Origin: a virus | Reading direction: 5' to 3' (one strand) | IMG/VR virus record: IMGVR_UViG_3300009180_003294 | Span: 2,323-66,322 of that record | Length of the DNA: 64,000 bases | Shown: positions 39,453 to 50,180 of the stretch, piece after piece | How the letters are laid out: each line of letters begins with the position of its first letter | How positions within the stretch are numbered: the first letter of the stretch is position 1 | The notes under the pieces: generated by a model | Database searches by the model: none | Seen by the model: only the letters and a program-made list of their open reading frames with translations | What the model was told of the DNA's origin: nothing | Program-made: the position numbers and the translations under genes

Positions 39453-40921
39453 ACATTTGGGGAATTAGTGCCAACAGTCACGATGCTGCCGTGTCAGTCT
39501 GGCATGATAAACAATTACAATTCGCAGCACACAGTGAAAGATACTCTGGAATTAAAAACGACGGAGATCTCTGTGCAGGTATCATCGAAGATGCTGAACA
39601 GTACGGCAAGCCAGACTTAATCGTTTGGTACGAAAATCCTGTATTAAAAACTGCCCGCCAGTTTCAAGCCGGCCAAGGCAACCGTACAGTGGAAAATGAT
39701 GTACGATCATATCTAGCAAAATACAATCTAAATCAGCCTTTGGTAATAGGCGAACATCATAAAAGCCATGCTGCCGCAGGTTATTATACCAGTGGGCTAG
39801 CAGATGCCACTGTAGTAGTAATTGACAGCATAGGCGAGTTTGAAACGCTGACTGTTTGGCAAGGCATTGGCAATGACCTAAAGAAAGTATATGCACAGGG
39901 ATACCCAGATAGTCTGGGACTATGGTTCAGTGCTATGACACAGCGCATTGGACTAAAGCCCAACGAAGAAGAATATATTCTCATGGGCATGGCGGCTTAT
40001 GGTGACGCCAACAAATATAAAGCAGACATATACAATGATTTCTTTGCTGTGATCAACGGACCCGAAGTTAAATTCAAACGTAACCTGCATCGTGGCTGTC
40101 CAGATTGGCGTTTAGATTTATTAAAAGAACAAGATACTTTTGATCTAGCTGCCGCTACTCAACAAGTGTATACTGAAATACTACAAGGTATCAGTCGTTG
40201 GGCTAGAGCAACGTTACCTAGCAAGAACATTGTATTAATGGGTGGATGCGCCCTTAATTGTGTGGCCAACAGTGAGATCACAGGAGACTGGGATCGAGTT
40301 TGGATTATGCCAAACCCCGGAGATGCTGGAAGTAGTGTTGGTGCAGTTGCTGCCTTCTTTGGCGAACAAGTTACGTGGCCGGGGGCATATCTTGGCACAA
40401 ACATGGGCAAAGAATATCCAGTTGAACAGACTATTGACATACTTACAAAAGATAAAATTGTAGGTGTTGCCACAGGACGTGCAGAGTTTGGACCAAGAGC
40501 ATTGGGACACCGCAGTTTATTGGCAGACCCCCGAGGCCCAGAAATCAAAGACACAGTCAATGCTATTAAACGCAGACAACAATTCCGTCCATTCGCACCA
40601 GCAATCCTAGAAGAATACGTGCATGAATATTTTGACATGCCCACAAACATAACAGCCAGCCCATTCATGCAATTTGTTGCTAAATGTACAAAGCCTGAAG
40701 AGTTTCCTGCTATTATACATAAAGATGGCACTAGTCGTGTACAAACTGTGAGTAAAAATGACAGTCCTGGATTTAGAAAGCTGTTAGAAGATTGGCACAG
40801 CTTAACTGGATGTCCAATGTTACTTAATACTAGTTTGAATATCAAAGGCCAGCCAATGGTTAATAATATTGAACATGCTAGAGATTTTTATTTAAAGTAC
40901 AATGTTCCTGTAGTAACGTGA
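39449..40921 (+). CDS. Carbamoyltransferase (NodU/CmcH family)
   Basis: 'HDAAV', 'SERYS..KND', 'HHKSHAAAG', 'GGCALNC', 'GDAGSSVG', 'EFGPRALGHRS', 'RPFAP' and 'LLNTSLN'. Confidence 0.95.
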   Translation: MNIWGISANSHDAAVSVWHDKQLQFAAHSERYSGIKNDGDLCAGIIEDAEQYGKPDLIVWYENPVLKTARQFQAGQGNRTVENDVRSYLAKYNLNQPLVIGEHHKSHAAAGYYTSGLADATVVVIDSIGEFETLTVWQGIGNDLKKVYAQGYPDSLGLWFSAMTQRIGLKPNEEEYILMGMAAYGDANKYKADIYNDFFAVINGPEVKFKRNLHRGCPDWRLDLLKEQDTFDLAAATQQVYTEILQGISRWARATLPSKNIVLMGGCALNCVANSEITGDWDRVWIMPNPGDAGSSVGAVAAFFGEQVTWPGAYLGTNMGKEYPVEQTIDILTKDKIVGVATGRAEFGPRALGHRSLLADPRGPEIKDTVNAIKRRQQFRPFAPAILEEYVHEYFDMPTNITASPFMQFVAKCTKPEEFPAIIHKDGTSRVQTVSKNDSPGFRKLLEDWHSLTGCPMLLNTSLNIKGQPMVNNIEHARDFYLKYNVPVVT

Positions 40922-40945
40922 GTAAAAATATTAAATACTAGTACA

Positions 40946-41689
40946 ATGCTAGATGTTTTTTTCCTCAGTTACAACGAGCCATATGCAGATGAAAATTATG
41001 CCCGACTTAAAGAGCTTGTTCCTAATGCTCGTAGAGTAAATGGTGTAAAAGGATTTGCAGCCGCACATCAAGAATGTGCTCGAAGAAGTTTTACCAACAA
41101 TTTTTATGTAGTTGACAGTGACGCGATTATTGTCGACGATTTTGATTTCTCTTTTACTCCCAGCAAATATAATACATGGTGGTATAAACCAGAATGTGAT
41201 TATATATGCATATGGTCGAGTATAAATCCAATAAATGACTTGATTTATGGTCACGGAGGTGTTAAAATATTACCTAAGCAACCGCTGATGTGTGAAAATA
41301 AAGATGTCATTGATTTTACAACTGGGTTTGGATTAAGTACCAAAGTATTTGACGAAGTCAGTAATATCACTGCATTTAACTACGACGAGTTTAGCACATT
41401 TAGAAGTGCATATAGGGAATGTGCAAAACTAGCAGCCAACTTGACTAATAAAGAATTAGTAAATAAGCTGGACGTTGAAACAAGTATTAGATTACGCAAT
41501 GAAGCGGAACATAGATTACACGCTTGGACCACAGTTGGTGCAGGGAGAAGATTTGGTGAGCAATCTTTAATAGGGGCTCGACAAGGTAAGAAATATGGTC
41601 TACAATATCAAGACGATGATGTAGCGTTAAAAATGATCAATGACTACGAATGGATGCAAAATGAGTTTAATAAATTCTTTAGAAAGTAA
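40946..41689 (+). CDS. Glycosyltransferase-like protein (DAD family)
   Basis: 'DVFFLSYNEP..RVNGVKGFAAAH..FYVVDSD..NDLIYGHGGVK..FRSAYRE'. Confidence 0.6.
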   Translation: MLDVFFLSYNEPYADENYARLKELVPNARRVNGVKGFAAAHQECARRSFTNNFYVVDSDAIIVDDFDFSFTPSKYNTWWYKPECDYICIWSSINPINDLIYGHGGVKILPKQPLMCENKDVIDFTTGFGLSTKVFDEVSNITAFNYDEFSTFRSAYRECAKLAANLTNKELVNKLDVETSIRLRNEAEHRLHAWTTVGAGRRFGEQSLIGARQGKKYGLQYQDDDVALKMINDYEWMQNEFNKFFRK

Positions 41690-42665
41690 AAGTAAAAATA
41701 ATATATTAAAACTAAAAGATATACCTGTTATATTTCTTAGTTTTGATGAACCTAATGCCGATGAAAATTTTAATTTTTTAAAAGACAATCATCCTAATCC
41801 TAATTTAGTAAAACGTGTACACGGTGTAAAAGGCTTTGATGCCGCACATAAAAAAGCCGGCGAAGAAGCAGGCAGTAAACGATTTTTTACAGTAGATGCA
41901 GATTGCAGAGTAGATTCAGAAATATGGAAAAAGAACATTGAAATTACCAATGACATCAAACACGCTACACTGAGCTGGAGTAGTCGCAATATTGTCAATG
42001 GCTTAGTATACGGCAATGGCGGTGTCAAGCTATGGTATGCCGAGCATGTCATGAACATGAAAAGTCACGAAGCAGCCGACCCAGAAGATGGTACAAACAA
42101 TGTAGACTTTTGCTGGGATCCTGAAAATTACAAACAAATGAATAACACATACGGTGTCGTTCATAACAACTCTAGTTCCAAGCAAGCATTCAGAGCGGGC
42201 TTCCGTGAGGGTGTTAAGATGGGTTTGGATCAAGGCAAAAAAGTTAAAATAGAAGATTTTAAAAATAAAATGTATCCTGCAAACTTTGCCCGTTGGTTAA
42301 TATGGATGTCAGTGGGCCGTGATGTTGAAAACGGAGACTGGGTTATATATGGTGCTCGCTTAGGCGCATATAAGTTATATGTAGAAAACTTTGATCATAC
42401 TGTGATTTCTGACTATGAATGGTTTGATAAGTTTTGGCAAGAACAGTTAGAACTATTAGATCAAGGTGAATTCATCAATGATCATAGCCATAAACTAATG
42501 TTGGACTTGACACATAAACTAGAATTACCTTTAGTTGAATTGGACTCTAACCAAAGTGTTTGGTTTAAACATGTTCATTTTAGTCCAACAAAAGGACAGG
42601 GCTGGCCTTCATTGTTAAATCAAAGTGCGTTGCCGTTGTATGGATTCGAGCTACCTAGATATTAA
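41661..42665 (+). CDS. Glycosyltransferase-like protein (DAD family)
   Basis: 'IFLSFDEPNAD..RVHGVKGFDAAH..FTVDAD..NGLVYGNGGVKLW..FRAGFREGVK'. Confidence 0.6.
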   Translation: MSLINSLESKSKNNILKLKDIPVIFLSFDEPNADENFNFLKDNHPNPNLVKRVHGVKGFDAAHKKAGEEAGSKRFFTVDADCRVDSEIWKKNIEITNDIKHATLSWSSRNIVNGLVYGNGGVKLWYAEHVMNMKSHEAADPEDGTNNVDFCWDPENYKQMNNTYGVVHNNSSSKQAFRAGFREGVKMGLDQGKKVKIEDFKNKMYPANFARWLIWMSVGRDVENGDWVIYGARLGAYKLYVENFDHTVISDYEWFDKFWQEQLELLDQGEFINDHSHKLMLDLTHKLELPLVELDSNQSVWFKHVHFSPTKGQGWPSLLNQSALPLYGFELPRY

Positions 42666-42666
42666 T

Positions 42667-43347
42667 ATGACACCTGTTTACTTTTTATACACAGACGAAG
42701 CAAACCTAAACGAAAATTGGGAACGTTTACAGACTAAAACTAACCATGCAGTTGCAGTTGCAGCCGTGGGTAATATATTCGAAAGTCACAAACATATTGC
42801 AAGTTTGTGCAAAGGCGACAGATTTTATGTCGTGGATGCTGATTCGTGGATAGTAGATAGTTTTAACTTTGATAAAAATATAGATATAACAGCAAAAAGT
42901 GTAGCAGTATTTCGCAGTAAGAATCCCATTAACGGATTGATTTACGGCCATGGCGGAATCAAACTATTCAGCAAAGATTGTTTTAGTGCAGAACGTTTAG
43001 ATCGACCTGACATGACTACTACACTGGCAGATAGTTATATTAAAGTAAATGTTCTCGCTACGGAGCATAGATTTAATTATAGTCCATATGCTACTTGGAG
43101 AACTTCGTTTCGTGAAGCAGTTAAATTAAGTGCTGGCATTAATAAAAATAATAATGACCAAGAAAGCCAAGAACGTTTGACAATGTGGTGTGAAGCCGGC
43201 CTTGAAACAGAACATGGCTATTTCGCTGTATACGGTGCCAGACAAGGTGTTGCTTACGCTAAATCAAAGGACTGTGATTTTACACTGGTCAATGACTTTA
43301 AATGGTTAAAAAATAAATTTATAGACTGGACTGGCTGTAATGGATAA
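42667..43347 (+). CDS. Glycosyltransferase-like protein (DAD family)
   Basis: 'FYVVDADS..NGLIYGHGGIKLF..WRTSFREAVKL'. Confidence 0.6.
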   Translation: MTPVYFLYTDEANLNENWERLQTKTNHAVAVAAVGNIFESHKHIASLCKGDRFYVVDADSWIVDSFNFDKNIDITAKSVAVFRSKNPINGLIYGHGGIKLFSKDCFSAERLDRPDMTTTLADSYIKVNVLATEHRFNYSPYATWRTSFREAVKLSAGINKNNNDQESQERLTMWCEAGLETEHGYFAVYGARQGVAYAKSKDCDFTLVNDFKWLKNKFIDWTGCNG

Positions 43348-44194
43348 TGATAATTTAACATGGTTGTTTGGCATTGAAAAGTTTTTCAATTTTATCAATG
43401 AATCCGAAAAAAAGAAATTTATCAGGAATATTATCAATATGAAATATTCCGAAGCTAATTCTAAACCATGGCCATTAAAAGATTTAATTTCTTCGGACTA
43501 TGAGCTATATCCTGACTCATACAGAAGTGATCGTTTGAATTTTTATGCAAATATCTGTGCCGAAGATAAATTGGTTACTAAAGAATTGATTTATATTATG
43601 AATTCAATATGGACAGATGATTCTGTACTTCAGAAGTTACATAAAATAACATTATTAAATGACAGTATACTTGCAACTATTTTTAGTAAAAGTCAAATAC
43701 TCAGCAAATTATGGATGGCAGAAACACTGAGTAAACATAATTTATCGTTTAACAATATTTTGTTAATTGGTGGCTGGCTGACTCATCACAGTCTATTTCT
43801 AAAAGATATAAATTATAAACATTTGTACAGTATAGATCCGGATGTTAGTATGAATCCTTTAATTAATATCATGAATCCAAATGCATTTATCTGTAATAAA
43901 AATATCGAACACTGTTTTAATGGAAACGACGACATCATCTTTAATGATAGTATAATTACTCCGGACTTGGTTATTAATACCAGTGCAGAACACATGGATA
44001 ATACTTGGTTCGAAAAGTTAAAGCCTGGCACTACAGTATTATTGCAATCTAACAGCAGTCCGGATTACCAACATATAAATTACTGTCAAGACTTTGGTGT
44101 GTTTTTAAAAAAATATCCAGTAACTAAATTGTATTTTAGAGGAGAAACTGTTCTTCCTAGTTACAAACGTTATATGTTATATGGAGTTAAATGA
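43340..44194 (+). CDS. Class I SAM-dependent methyltransferase-like protein
   Basis: 'SQILSKLW..ILLIGGW..SIDPD..DLVINTSAEHM..LQSN' follows the Rossmann MTase motif order. Confidence 0.6.
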   Translation: MDNDNLTWLFGIEKFFNFINESEKKKFIRNIINMKYSEANSKPWPLKDLISSDYELYPDSYRSDRLNFYANICAEDKLVTKELIYIMNSIWTDDSVLQKLHKITLLNDSILATIFSKSQILSKLWMAETLSKHNLSFNNILLIGGWLTHHSLFLKDINYKHLYSIDPDVSMNPLINIMNPNAFICNKNIEHCFNGNDDIIFNDSIITPDLVINTSAEHMDNTWFEKLKPGTTVLLQSNSSPDYQHINYCQDFGVFLKKYPVTKLYFRGETVLPSYKRYMLYGVK

Positions 44195-45366
44195 TGTATA
44201 AATCGTCTGAAATTACCACAGTTCATTTAGAAGTCACCGAACGTTGTAATGCCAGCTGTCCGCAGTGCGCCAGGAACATCAATGGCGGAGAAGTAAATCC
44301 GCAGTTACACAATGCTGAATTAAGTTTAGACGATGTTCGAATAATCCTCAAGCCCGAATTTATCAAGCAATTAAAACGTTTGTATATGTGCGGTAACTAC
44401 GGCGATCCTATCAGCGCCAACGATACACTGGAAATATTTGAATACATTCGCAGTCACAATGCCAAAATGCAACTGAGCTTTCACACAAACGCCAGTGCTA
44501 AAACTCCTGAATGGTGGAGCAAGTTGCCAGCAGCCATGGGCAAAAGTCATTACGTTGTATTTAGCGTGGATGGATTAGAGGATACCAATCACTTATATCG
44601 TCAAGGCACTGTTTGGAAAAAGATCATGGAAAATGCTCGAGCCTTTATACAAGCTGGAGGCAGAGCACGTTGGGACTATATCGTATTTGGACACAATGAA
44701 CATCAAGTAGAAGAAGCCAGAGCATTGGCAACCAGCATGGGCTTTGAAAAATTCAATGTTAAAAAATCCAATAGATTCTTTAGCAATACCAAAGGTGCAG
44801 TCAAGACAAATCATCAGGCCGGAAACCGTAAAGGCAGTACTACTCAAATGTTAAGCATGCCGACTAATCCAGAATATCAAAATGCCGCACTAAAACAATT
44901 AGAAAGCCTAAGCAAAGATAAAGGCGAAATTAAAATTGATTTCATGACAACTGTGGCAGAGTTAAAAGGTAAAATAGGACAACAAAAATTTAATATAAAT
45001 CCTGCTGAGAAAAAAGACATGGAAAAGTATTGGGACTCTGTGGAAATCAAATGTAAAGTTGCTGAAGAGAAAAGCATTTATATTACAGCAGAAGGATATT
45101 TACAACCATGTTGCTGGACTGCGGGTCAGATGTATGTTTGGTACTGGAAAGAACGTGGCGGACAGATCTGGGATGCAATTAATGCCGCCGGGCTAGATTC
45201 TTTAGATCTGCGAGTACATGATTTAAATGAAGTCATTGACGGCAAGTTTATGCAAGAAATTATTCCAGAATCATGGAATAAACCTAGTTGTGCTGAAGGT
45301 AAACTAGCAGTATGTGCCAAGACCTGCGGGAATAAATACGATGCGTTCAGTGAACAATTTAAATAA
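44191..45366 (+). CDS. Radical SAM protein, subfamily B (CPQC, C-terminal twitch-like)
   Basis: CNASCPQC, 'CGNYGDP', 'FSVDGLEDTNHLYR', and C-terminal 'KC..PCCW..CAKTC'. Confidence 0.9.
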   Translation: MMYKSSEITTVHLEVTERCNASCPQCARNINGGEVNPQLHNAELSLDDVRIILKPEFIKQLKRLYMCGNYGDPISANDTLEIFEYIRSHNAKMQLSFHTNASAKTPEWWSKLPAAMGKSHYVVFSVDGLEDTNHLYRQGTVWKKIMENARAFIQAGGRARWDYIVFGHNEHQVEEARALATSMGFEKFNVKKSNRFFSNTKGAVKTNHQAGNRKGSTTQMLSMPTNPEYQNAALKQLESLSKDKGEIKIDFMTTVAELKGKIGQQKFNINPAEKKDMEKYWDSVEIKCKVAEEKSIYITAEGYLQPCCWTAGQMYVWYWKERGGQIWDAINAAGLDSLDLRVHDLNEVIDGKFMQEIIPESWNKPSCAEGKLAVCAKTCGNKYDAFSEQFK

Positions 45367-45410
45367 GTTAATGTAAAAACTTAAACAGGCATCGGAAATT
45401 AAATACTAAT

Positions 45411-46811
45411 ATGGCAGAACCAAGCAAAACTTTTTGTATCTTACCGTGGGTACATCTGAGCACAAGACCCAACGGGCATATGCGTGTGTGTTGTACCGCA
45501 AATGCAAGCAGTGTAGGACCTACAAATGATAAACTACATGGCGGAGAAGTAGGCATTCTTAAAAATGCCGACGGTAAACCTGCTAACTTAAATCACACAG
45601 ACTTTCTAAGTAGTTGGAATAATGACTACATGAAGAATACAAGACTTAAAATGCTGGCCGGCGAAGAACCAGATAGTTGTACCAAGTGCTACAAAGAAGA
45701 ACGCGAAGGTCATAAATCTAAACGACAATGGGAAACCAAGTACTGGAGTCAGCGTGTTGATTTAGATAAGCTATTGGCAGATACTCAAGAGGACGGCAGC
45801 GTTCCTCCTCATATTGCTTATATTGACATGCGCTTTGGTACTAAGTGTAACTTGGCCTGTGTGATGTGCAGTCCGCATGACAGTAGTTTGTGGGTACCGG
45901 AATGGCAAAAGATGTATCCTAATGTTACTAACCCTGTGCTTAAAGATAGTATGCAGTGGGGCAACAAGGGACAGGAAAACGGTGCCAGTTACAATTGGCA
46001 TAAAAACAATCCTCAGTTCTGGGAACAGCTATGGGAACAGATCCCTAACATGAAACAGTTATACTTTGCTGGTGGTGAGCCTTTGATCATTGAAGAGCAT
46101 TATGCTATTCTAGAAGAATGTATTAAGCGCGGCTATGCCAAAGACATGGAAATTCGTTACAACAGTAATGGTGTTGAATGGCGTGAAGATTTGTTTGAAC
46201 TATGGAGTCATTTTAAACTGGTTCGTTATCACTACAGCGTTGATGCAGTGGGCGAACGCAATGACTACATTCGTTATCCCAGTGTGTGGGAAAGAAACTT
46301 GGAAGCATTTAGACAGTTAGACAACGAAACTGGAAGTAATGTGGAAATTTCGATTGCCTGTGCTGTACAAGCACTAAACATTTATTACATTCCTGAGTTT
46401 CTAAAATGGAAACTAGAGCATGGCTTTAAGAAGATTAACATGTGGCCGTTTGGCGCGGGCGGCATTAACTACCACTTTGTTTATCATCCACCACACTTAA
46501 ATGTTAAGATATTGCCAGCCTGGTTCAAGGATGAGATCGAGCGTAAGTACGAAGAGTTTATTCCTTGGTGGAAAGAGAATTGGAAACTAGGTGTACCTGC
46601 ATGGTATGAAGGTAAAGTCACAGAAGAGATGTGGTTGAACGCTGACTACGGCATTGACCGTTTGCGCGGCATGGTTAAATTTGCCAAAAGCGAAGACTGG
46701 AGTGTACGTTTACCAGAAATGAAAGAATATTTAGAGTTACTGGATAAACAGCGTGGTACCAATTTCTACGAAACATTCCCCGAGATGAAAGACATCTTCA
46801 AAGGACTATGA
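45411..46811 (+). CDS. Radical SAM protein, subfamily A
   Basis: 'FCILPW..RVCC..CTKCY' followed by CNLACVMC and 'FAGGEP'. Confidence 0.92.
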   Translation: MAEPSKTFCILPWVHLSTRPNGHMRVCCTANASSVGPTNDKLHGGEVGILKNADGKPANLNHTDFLSSWNNDYMKNTRLKMLAGEEPDSCTKCYKEEREGHKSKRQWETKYWSQRVDLDKLLADTQEDGSVPPHIAYIDMRFGTKCNLACVMCSPHDSSLWVPEWQKMYPNVTNPVLKDSMQWGNKGQENGASYNWHKNNPQFWEQLWEQIPNMKQLYFAGGEPLIIEEHYAILEECIKRGYAKDMEIRYNSNGVEWREDLFELWSHFKLVRYHYSVDAVGERNDYIRYPSVWERNLEAFRQLDNETGSNVEISIACAVQALNIYYIPEFLKWKLEHGFKKINMWPFGAGGINYHFVYHPPHLNVKILPAWFKDEIERKYEEFIPWWKENWKLGVPAWYEGKVTEEMWLNADYGIDRLRGMVKFAKSEDWSVRLPEMKEYLELLDKQRGTNFYETFPEMKDIFKGL

Positions 46812-48139
46812 CCATGCAATTAAATCAAAAAACATTTTGCATAGTTCCTTTTGTACAACTTAATACTCGTGGCAAAGGTGATGCTAGAGTATGCTGTAGT
46901 ATTTCTAATGTAGACCGTGGTATTCCTAAACACATGACTATAGACGAAATCAACAATGAATCGTATAACAACGACACTGAAGTTTTTAACTTATTCAATG
47001 ACAGCATTTCTGATCTTTGGAACAGTAAGTTTATGAAAGACTTTCGTATTAAGATGCTCAACGGCGAAACTATTCCAAATTGTAGCTTTTGTTATCGCAT
47101 GGAAGAAAGCGGATTAGGCAGCAAACGCACAGGTAAGAATAAACGTTTCTTAGATAAAGTGCTACCTTTATTGCAAAGTTATTACGACACAAACGGTTAT
47201 GTTGATGTAATGCCACAATGGTGGGAAATACGTTTGAGTACTAAATGTAATTTGTCTTGCATTATGTGCAGTCCTAACTTGTCCAGCATGATGTACAAAG
47301 AATACACCAAGTGGGAACCGAGTTTAACCAAGCAAATGAAGGGCAGTTTAGATATTGCACGTTCATTTGGTGAAGAATATTTAAGCGAAAGTCAATTCTT
47401 TAAAGATCAAGTTTTAGACAATTTAAAGAATGTGTTGTACATGGAGTTTAGAGGCGGAGAAGTATTTGCAGATAAACACAGCGTAGACTTTATGCGAGAA
47501 ATATCACTGACAGAACATGCCAAAAACATATCTCTGGATATCAGTACTAACGCAACATTAATCGATGATGATATTGTAGAGTTGTTGAATAGATTCAAAG
47601 GCGGATTGCTTCGCTTTAGCATTGATGCATACAAAGACGCAGACGAATATATTCGCCCACATACAAATTGGGATCATGTAATCACTAGTATTAACAATTC
47701 AACTAACTTGCACAGTGAATGGGAAACAGTTACGCAAACTTGTTTGCAAACACTGAACTGTATTGGTATAACAGAGTTAATGAAATTCTTTGATAACTAC
47801 TGTGAAACCGCTAATAATACTAGATTCCATTTAGGTGTTACCAGTGTTAGGGGTAAAGAATGGTTGAGACATGAGCTTGTGCCATTAGAACTTAGATTAG
47901 AAGAAGTCAGTAAGCTAGAAGAGTTTATGACTACCAGCTGGTTATGCACAAAAAGCCCGCATAAGAAACGAGAAATTAAAGCAGTACAAGGTTTAATTGT
48001 AGCATTACGCACAGAAGAAATCAAAGATCAAAGTCTCAACGATAAAGCAAGAGAATATTATCTCAAGTTAAATGAGTTGAGAAATGTCGATTACTGGGAA
48101 GTATTCCCGCACATAGAATTTTTAGGAACGAATAAATGA
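46808..48139 (+). CDS. Radical SAM protein, subfamily A
   Basis: 'FCIVPF..RVCC..CSFCY', CNLSCIMC and 'FRGGEV'. Confidence 0.9.
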   Translation: MTMQLNQKTFCIVPFVQLNTRGKGDARVCCSISNVDRGIPKHMTIDEINNESYNNDTEVFNLFNDSISDLWNSKFMKDFRIKMLNGETIPNCSFCYRMEESGLGSKRTGKNKRFLDKVLPLLQSYYDTNGYVDVMPQWWEIRLSTKCNLSCIMCSPNLSSMMYKEYTKWEPSLTKQMKGSLDIARSFGEEYLSESQFFKDQVLDNLKNVLYMEFRGGEVFADKHSVDFMREISLTEHAKNISLDISTNATLIDDDIVELLNRFKGGLLRFSIDAYKDADEYIRPHTNWDHVITSINNSTNLHSEWETVTQTCLQTLNCIGITELMKFFDNYCETANNTRFHLGVTSVRGKEWLRHELVPLELRLEEVSKLEEFMTTSWLCTKSPHKKREIKAVQGLIVALRTEEIKDQSLNDKAREYYLKLNELRNVDYWEVFPHIEFLGTNK

Positions 48140-49509
48140 ACATAGATAATAAAGCAACACTGTGTCCGGTACCTTGGATGAGTCAAAGTTTAAGAGCCAA
48201 CGGCGACATTCGTATCTGCTGCCAAGCACAGCACGGACCCACTGGCGGTATCTTAAAAGATGAAAACGGCAAAGTCTTAAATGCAAGAACTTCCGAACTT
48301 ATCACTGCAAGAAATAGTCCATTGGCCAAAGAAATTAGAAAAGACATGATGGAAGGCAAATGGCATGATGAATGTGTCAGATGCAAAACTGAAACAGATT
48401 CTGGTATGCGTAGCCGTTTAGAATATGAAAACGAAATTTGGGTTGAACGAGGAAGATTTGACTGGGATGATCTTTTATCTAAGACTCAAGCAGATGGTAC
48501 CATTGACACTGAAGCAATAGATTGCACATTCTATGATCTACGTTTTGGTAACTTATGTAATTTAAAGTGCCGTATGTGTGGACCCACTGACAGCAGCCAA
48601 TGGTATGACGATCAAGTAGCATTGTGGAGTGACACGTACAAAGACAGTCACGGTAAAGTTAAGTTAGTTCTAAACGACAAGGACAAATACGAGCCTGAAG
48701 TCAACGTATACAACTGGCACGAAAGCGAAAACTATTGGGCACAAATGGATGCCAACATTCCGCAGATCACCAAGTTATACATTGTAGGCGGTGAGCCGTT
48801 GATGATTGACAGACACTACGAGTTTCTGCAAAAATGTGTAGATGCTGGTCAAGCTAAGAAAATGATTGTCGAGTATAACACAAACTTAACAAACATTCCT
48901 CCTAGAGCATGGGAAGTATGGAAGCATTTTAAACAAGTTAATATCGGAGCAAGTGTAGATGGTGTGGGAGATATTAATCATTACATGCGCTATCCTGCAG
49001 ACTTTGCAACAATACACAAAAACTTATTAAAGCTAAGTCAAGCCGAAGGTAACTTTAAAGTTTGGATTGCGGCAACAATTAATGTATTCAATGTATTACA
49101 CTTTCCAGAATTCATGGAATGGATACTGTTAAACAAGATGCCACGAATCAATGACGACGAATGGCGCCCAGTGATAACTCCGCATCCGTTGCATGGACCA
49201 AAGTTTTACAATGTTCGAATGTTGCCCAAGTTTGCCAAAGACGCAGTTAAAGCAAAGTACGAAGCATATAAGCCCAAGTTATTAAAAATAATCGACGACA
49301 GTGATTTCGCAGAAGAACGAAAAGTCAGTAGTAGAAAAGAAGTAGTATCATTGTTAGATCAATATGTTGATTACATGTATGCACAGGACTTCAGCGAACA
49401 CGTTCCTGCGTTCTGGCATGCAACTAGAAAGCTGGATAAAATTCGCGGACACAGCATAGAAGATTATATTCCAGAACTATATGAATTAATCAAAGGAACA
49501 GAACCGTGA
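48136..49509 (+). CDS. Radical SAM protein, subfamily A
   Basis: 'LCPVPW..RICC..CVRC', CNLKCRMC and 'VGGEP'. Confidence 0.92.
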   Translation: MNIDNKATLCPVPWMSQSLRANGDIRICCQAQHGPTGGILKDENGKVLNARTSELITARNSPLAKEIRKDMMEGKWHDECVRCKTETDSGMRSRLEYENEIWVERGRFDWDDLLSKTQADGTIDTEAIDCTFYDLRFGNLCNLKCRMCGPTDSSQWYDDQVALWSDTYKDSHGKVKLVLNDKDKYEPEVNVYNWHESENYWAQMDANIPQITKLYIVGGEPLMIDRHYEFLQKCVDAGQAKKMIVEYNTNLTNIPPRAWEVWKHFKQVNIGASVDGVGDINHYMRYPADFATIHKNLLKLSQAEGNFKVWIAATINVFNVLHFPEFMEWILLNKMPRINDDEWRPVITPHPLHGPKFYNVRMLPKFAKDAVKAKYEAYKPKLLKIIDDSDFAEERKVSSRKEVVSLLDQYVDYMYAQDFSEHVPAFWHATRKLDKIRGHSIEDYIPELYELIKGTEP

Positions 49510-50171
49510 TAGTAAATTGCATTAATAATAAAACTATTGAATTTAATTTACCCCGGCATTTTAAGAATGTTGGCTTGAAGATTTCCGGCGGCGCCGATAG
49601 TGCTCTAATTGCGTATATGCTGGCAAAATACATTGTAGAAGAGCGACCCGATCTGACTATTATTCCTATAACAGTTACTCACGCTGACAAAAATTATCAA
49701 GTAGAATTTTCTAATAAAATAATTAAATTTATAGAAGCACAGTTTGGTATTAAATTTGGCGAACAGTTTACCAGCATGGCAGAGTCTGAAGAGACATATA
49801 CACAAACACAGGTAGAATTAGTTAATAAAGTATTTTCAGAAAATGCTATAGACTGTTTGTACATGGGTTTAACTCACAATCCTCCCATGGAAGTCATGAT
49901 GACATTTGCACCAATGGTAGTTGCTTACGGTTTTCCAGACAGAAACCATACTTCGCCTAAAAGTCAAAAAATCAGTACAAGCAGATATGCACCATTGATT
50001 AATATGGATAAACAAGAAATAGCAGAGTTATACAAGCAATTTAATCTAATGGATACATTGTTTCCGTTAACAAGGAGTTGCGAAGATGTTACTACAGATT
50101 TTAGCAAACATTGTAAAATAAAATGCTTTCATTGTCACGAAAGATTCTGGGGCTTTGGTAGATACGAATAA
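49506..50171 (+). CDS. QueC-like PP-loop ATPase
   Basis: 'ISGGADSA' PP-loop and C-terminal 'TRSC..HCKIKCFHCHER' Zn-site-like motif. Confidence 0.7.
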   Translation: MIVNCINNKTIEFNLPRHFKNVGLKISGGADSALIAYMLAKYIVEERPDLTIIPITVTHADKNYQVEFSNKIIKFIEAQFGIKFGEQFTSMAESEETYTQTQVELVNKVFSENAIDCLYMGLTHNPPMEVMMTFAPMVVAYGFPDRNHTSPKSQKISTSRYAPLINMDKQEIAELYKQFNLMDTLFPLTRSCEDVTTDFSKHCKIKCFHCHERFWGFGRYE

Positions 50172-50180
50172 AGGATTAAT

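Noticed and set aside
40159-40845. 228-aa minus-strand ORF
   Set aside because: It is antisense to the motif-rich carbamoyltransferase and has no recognisable features.
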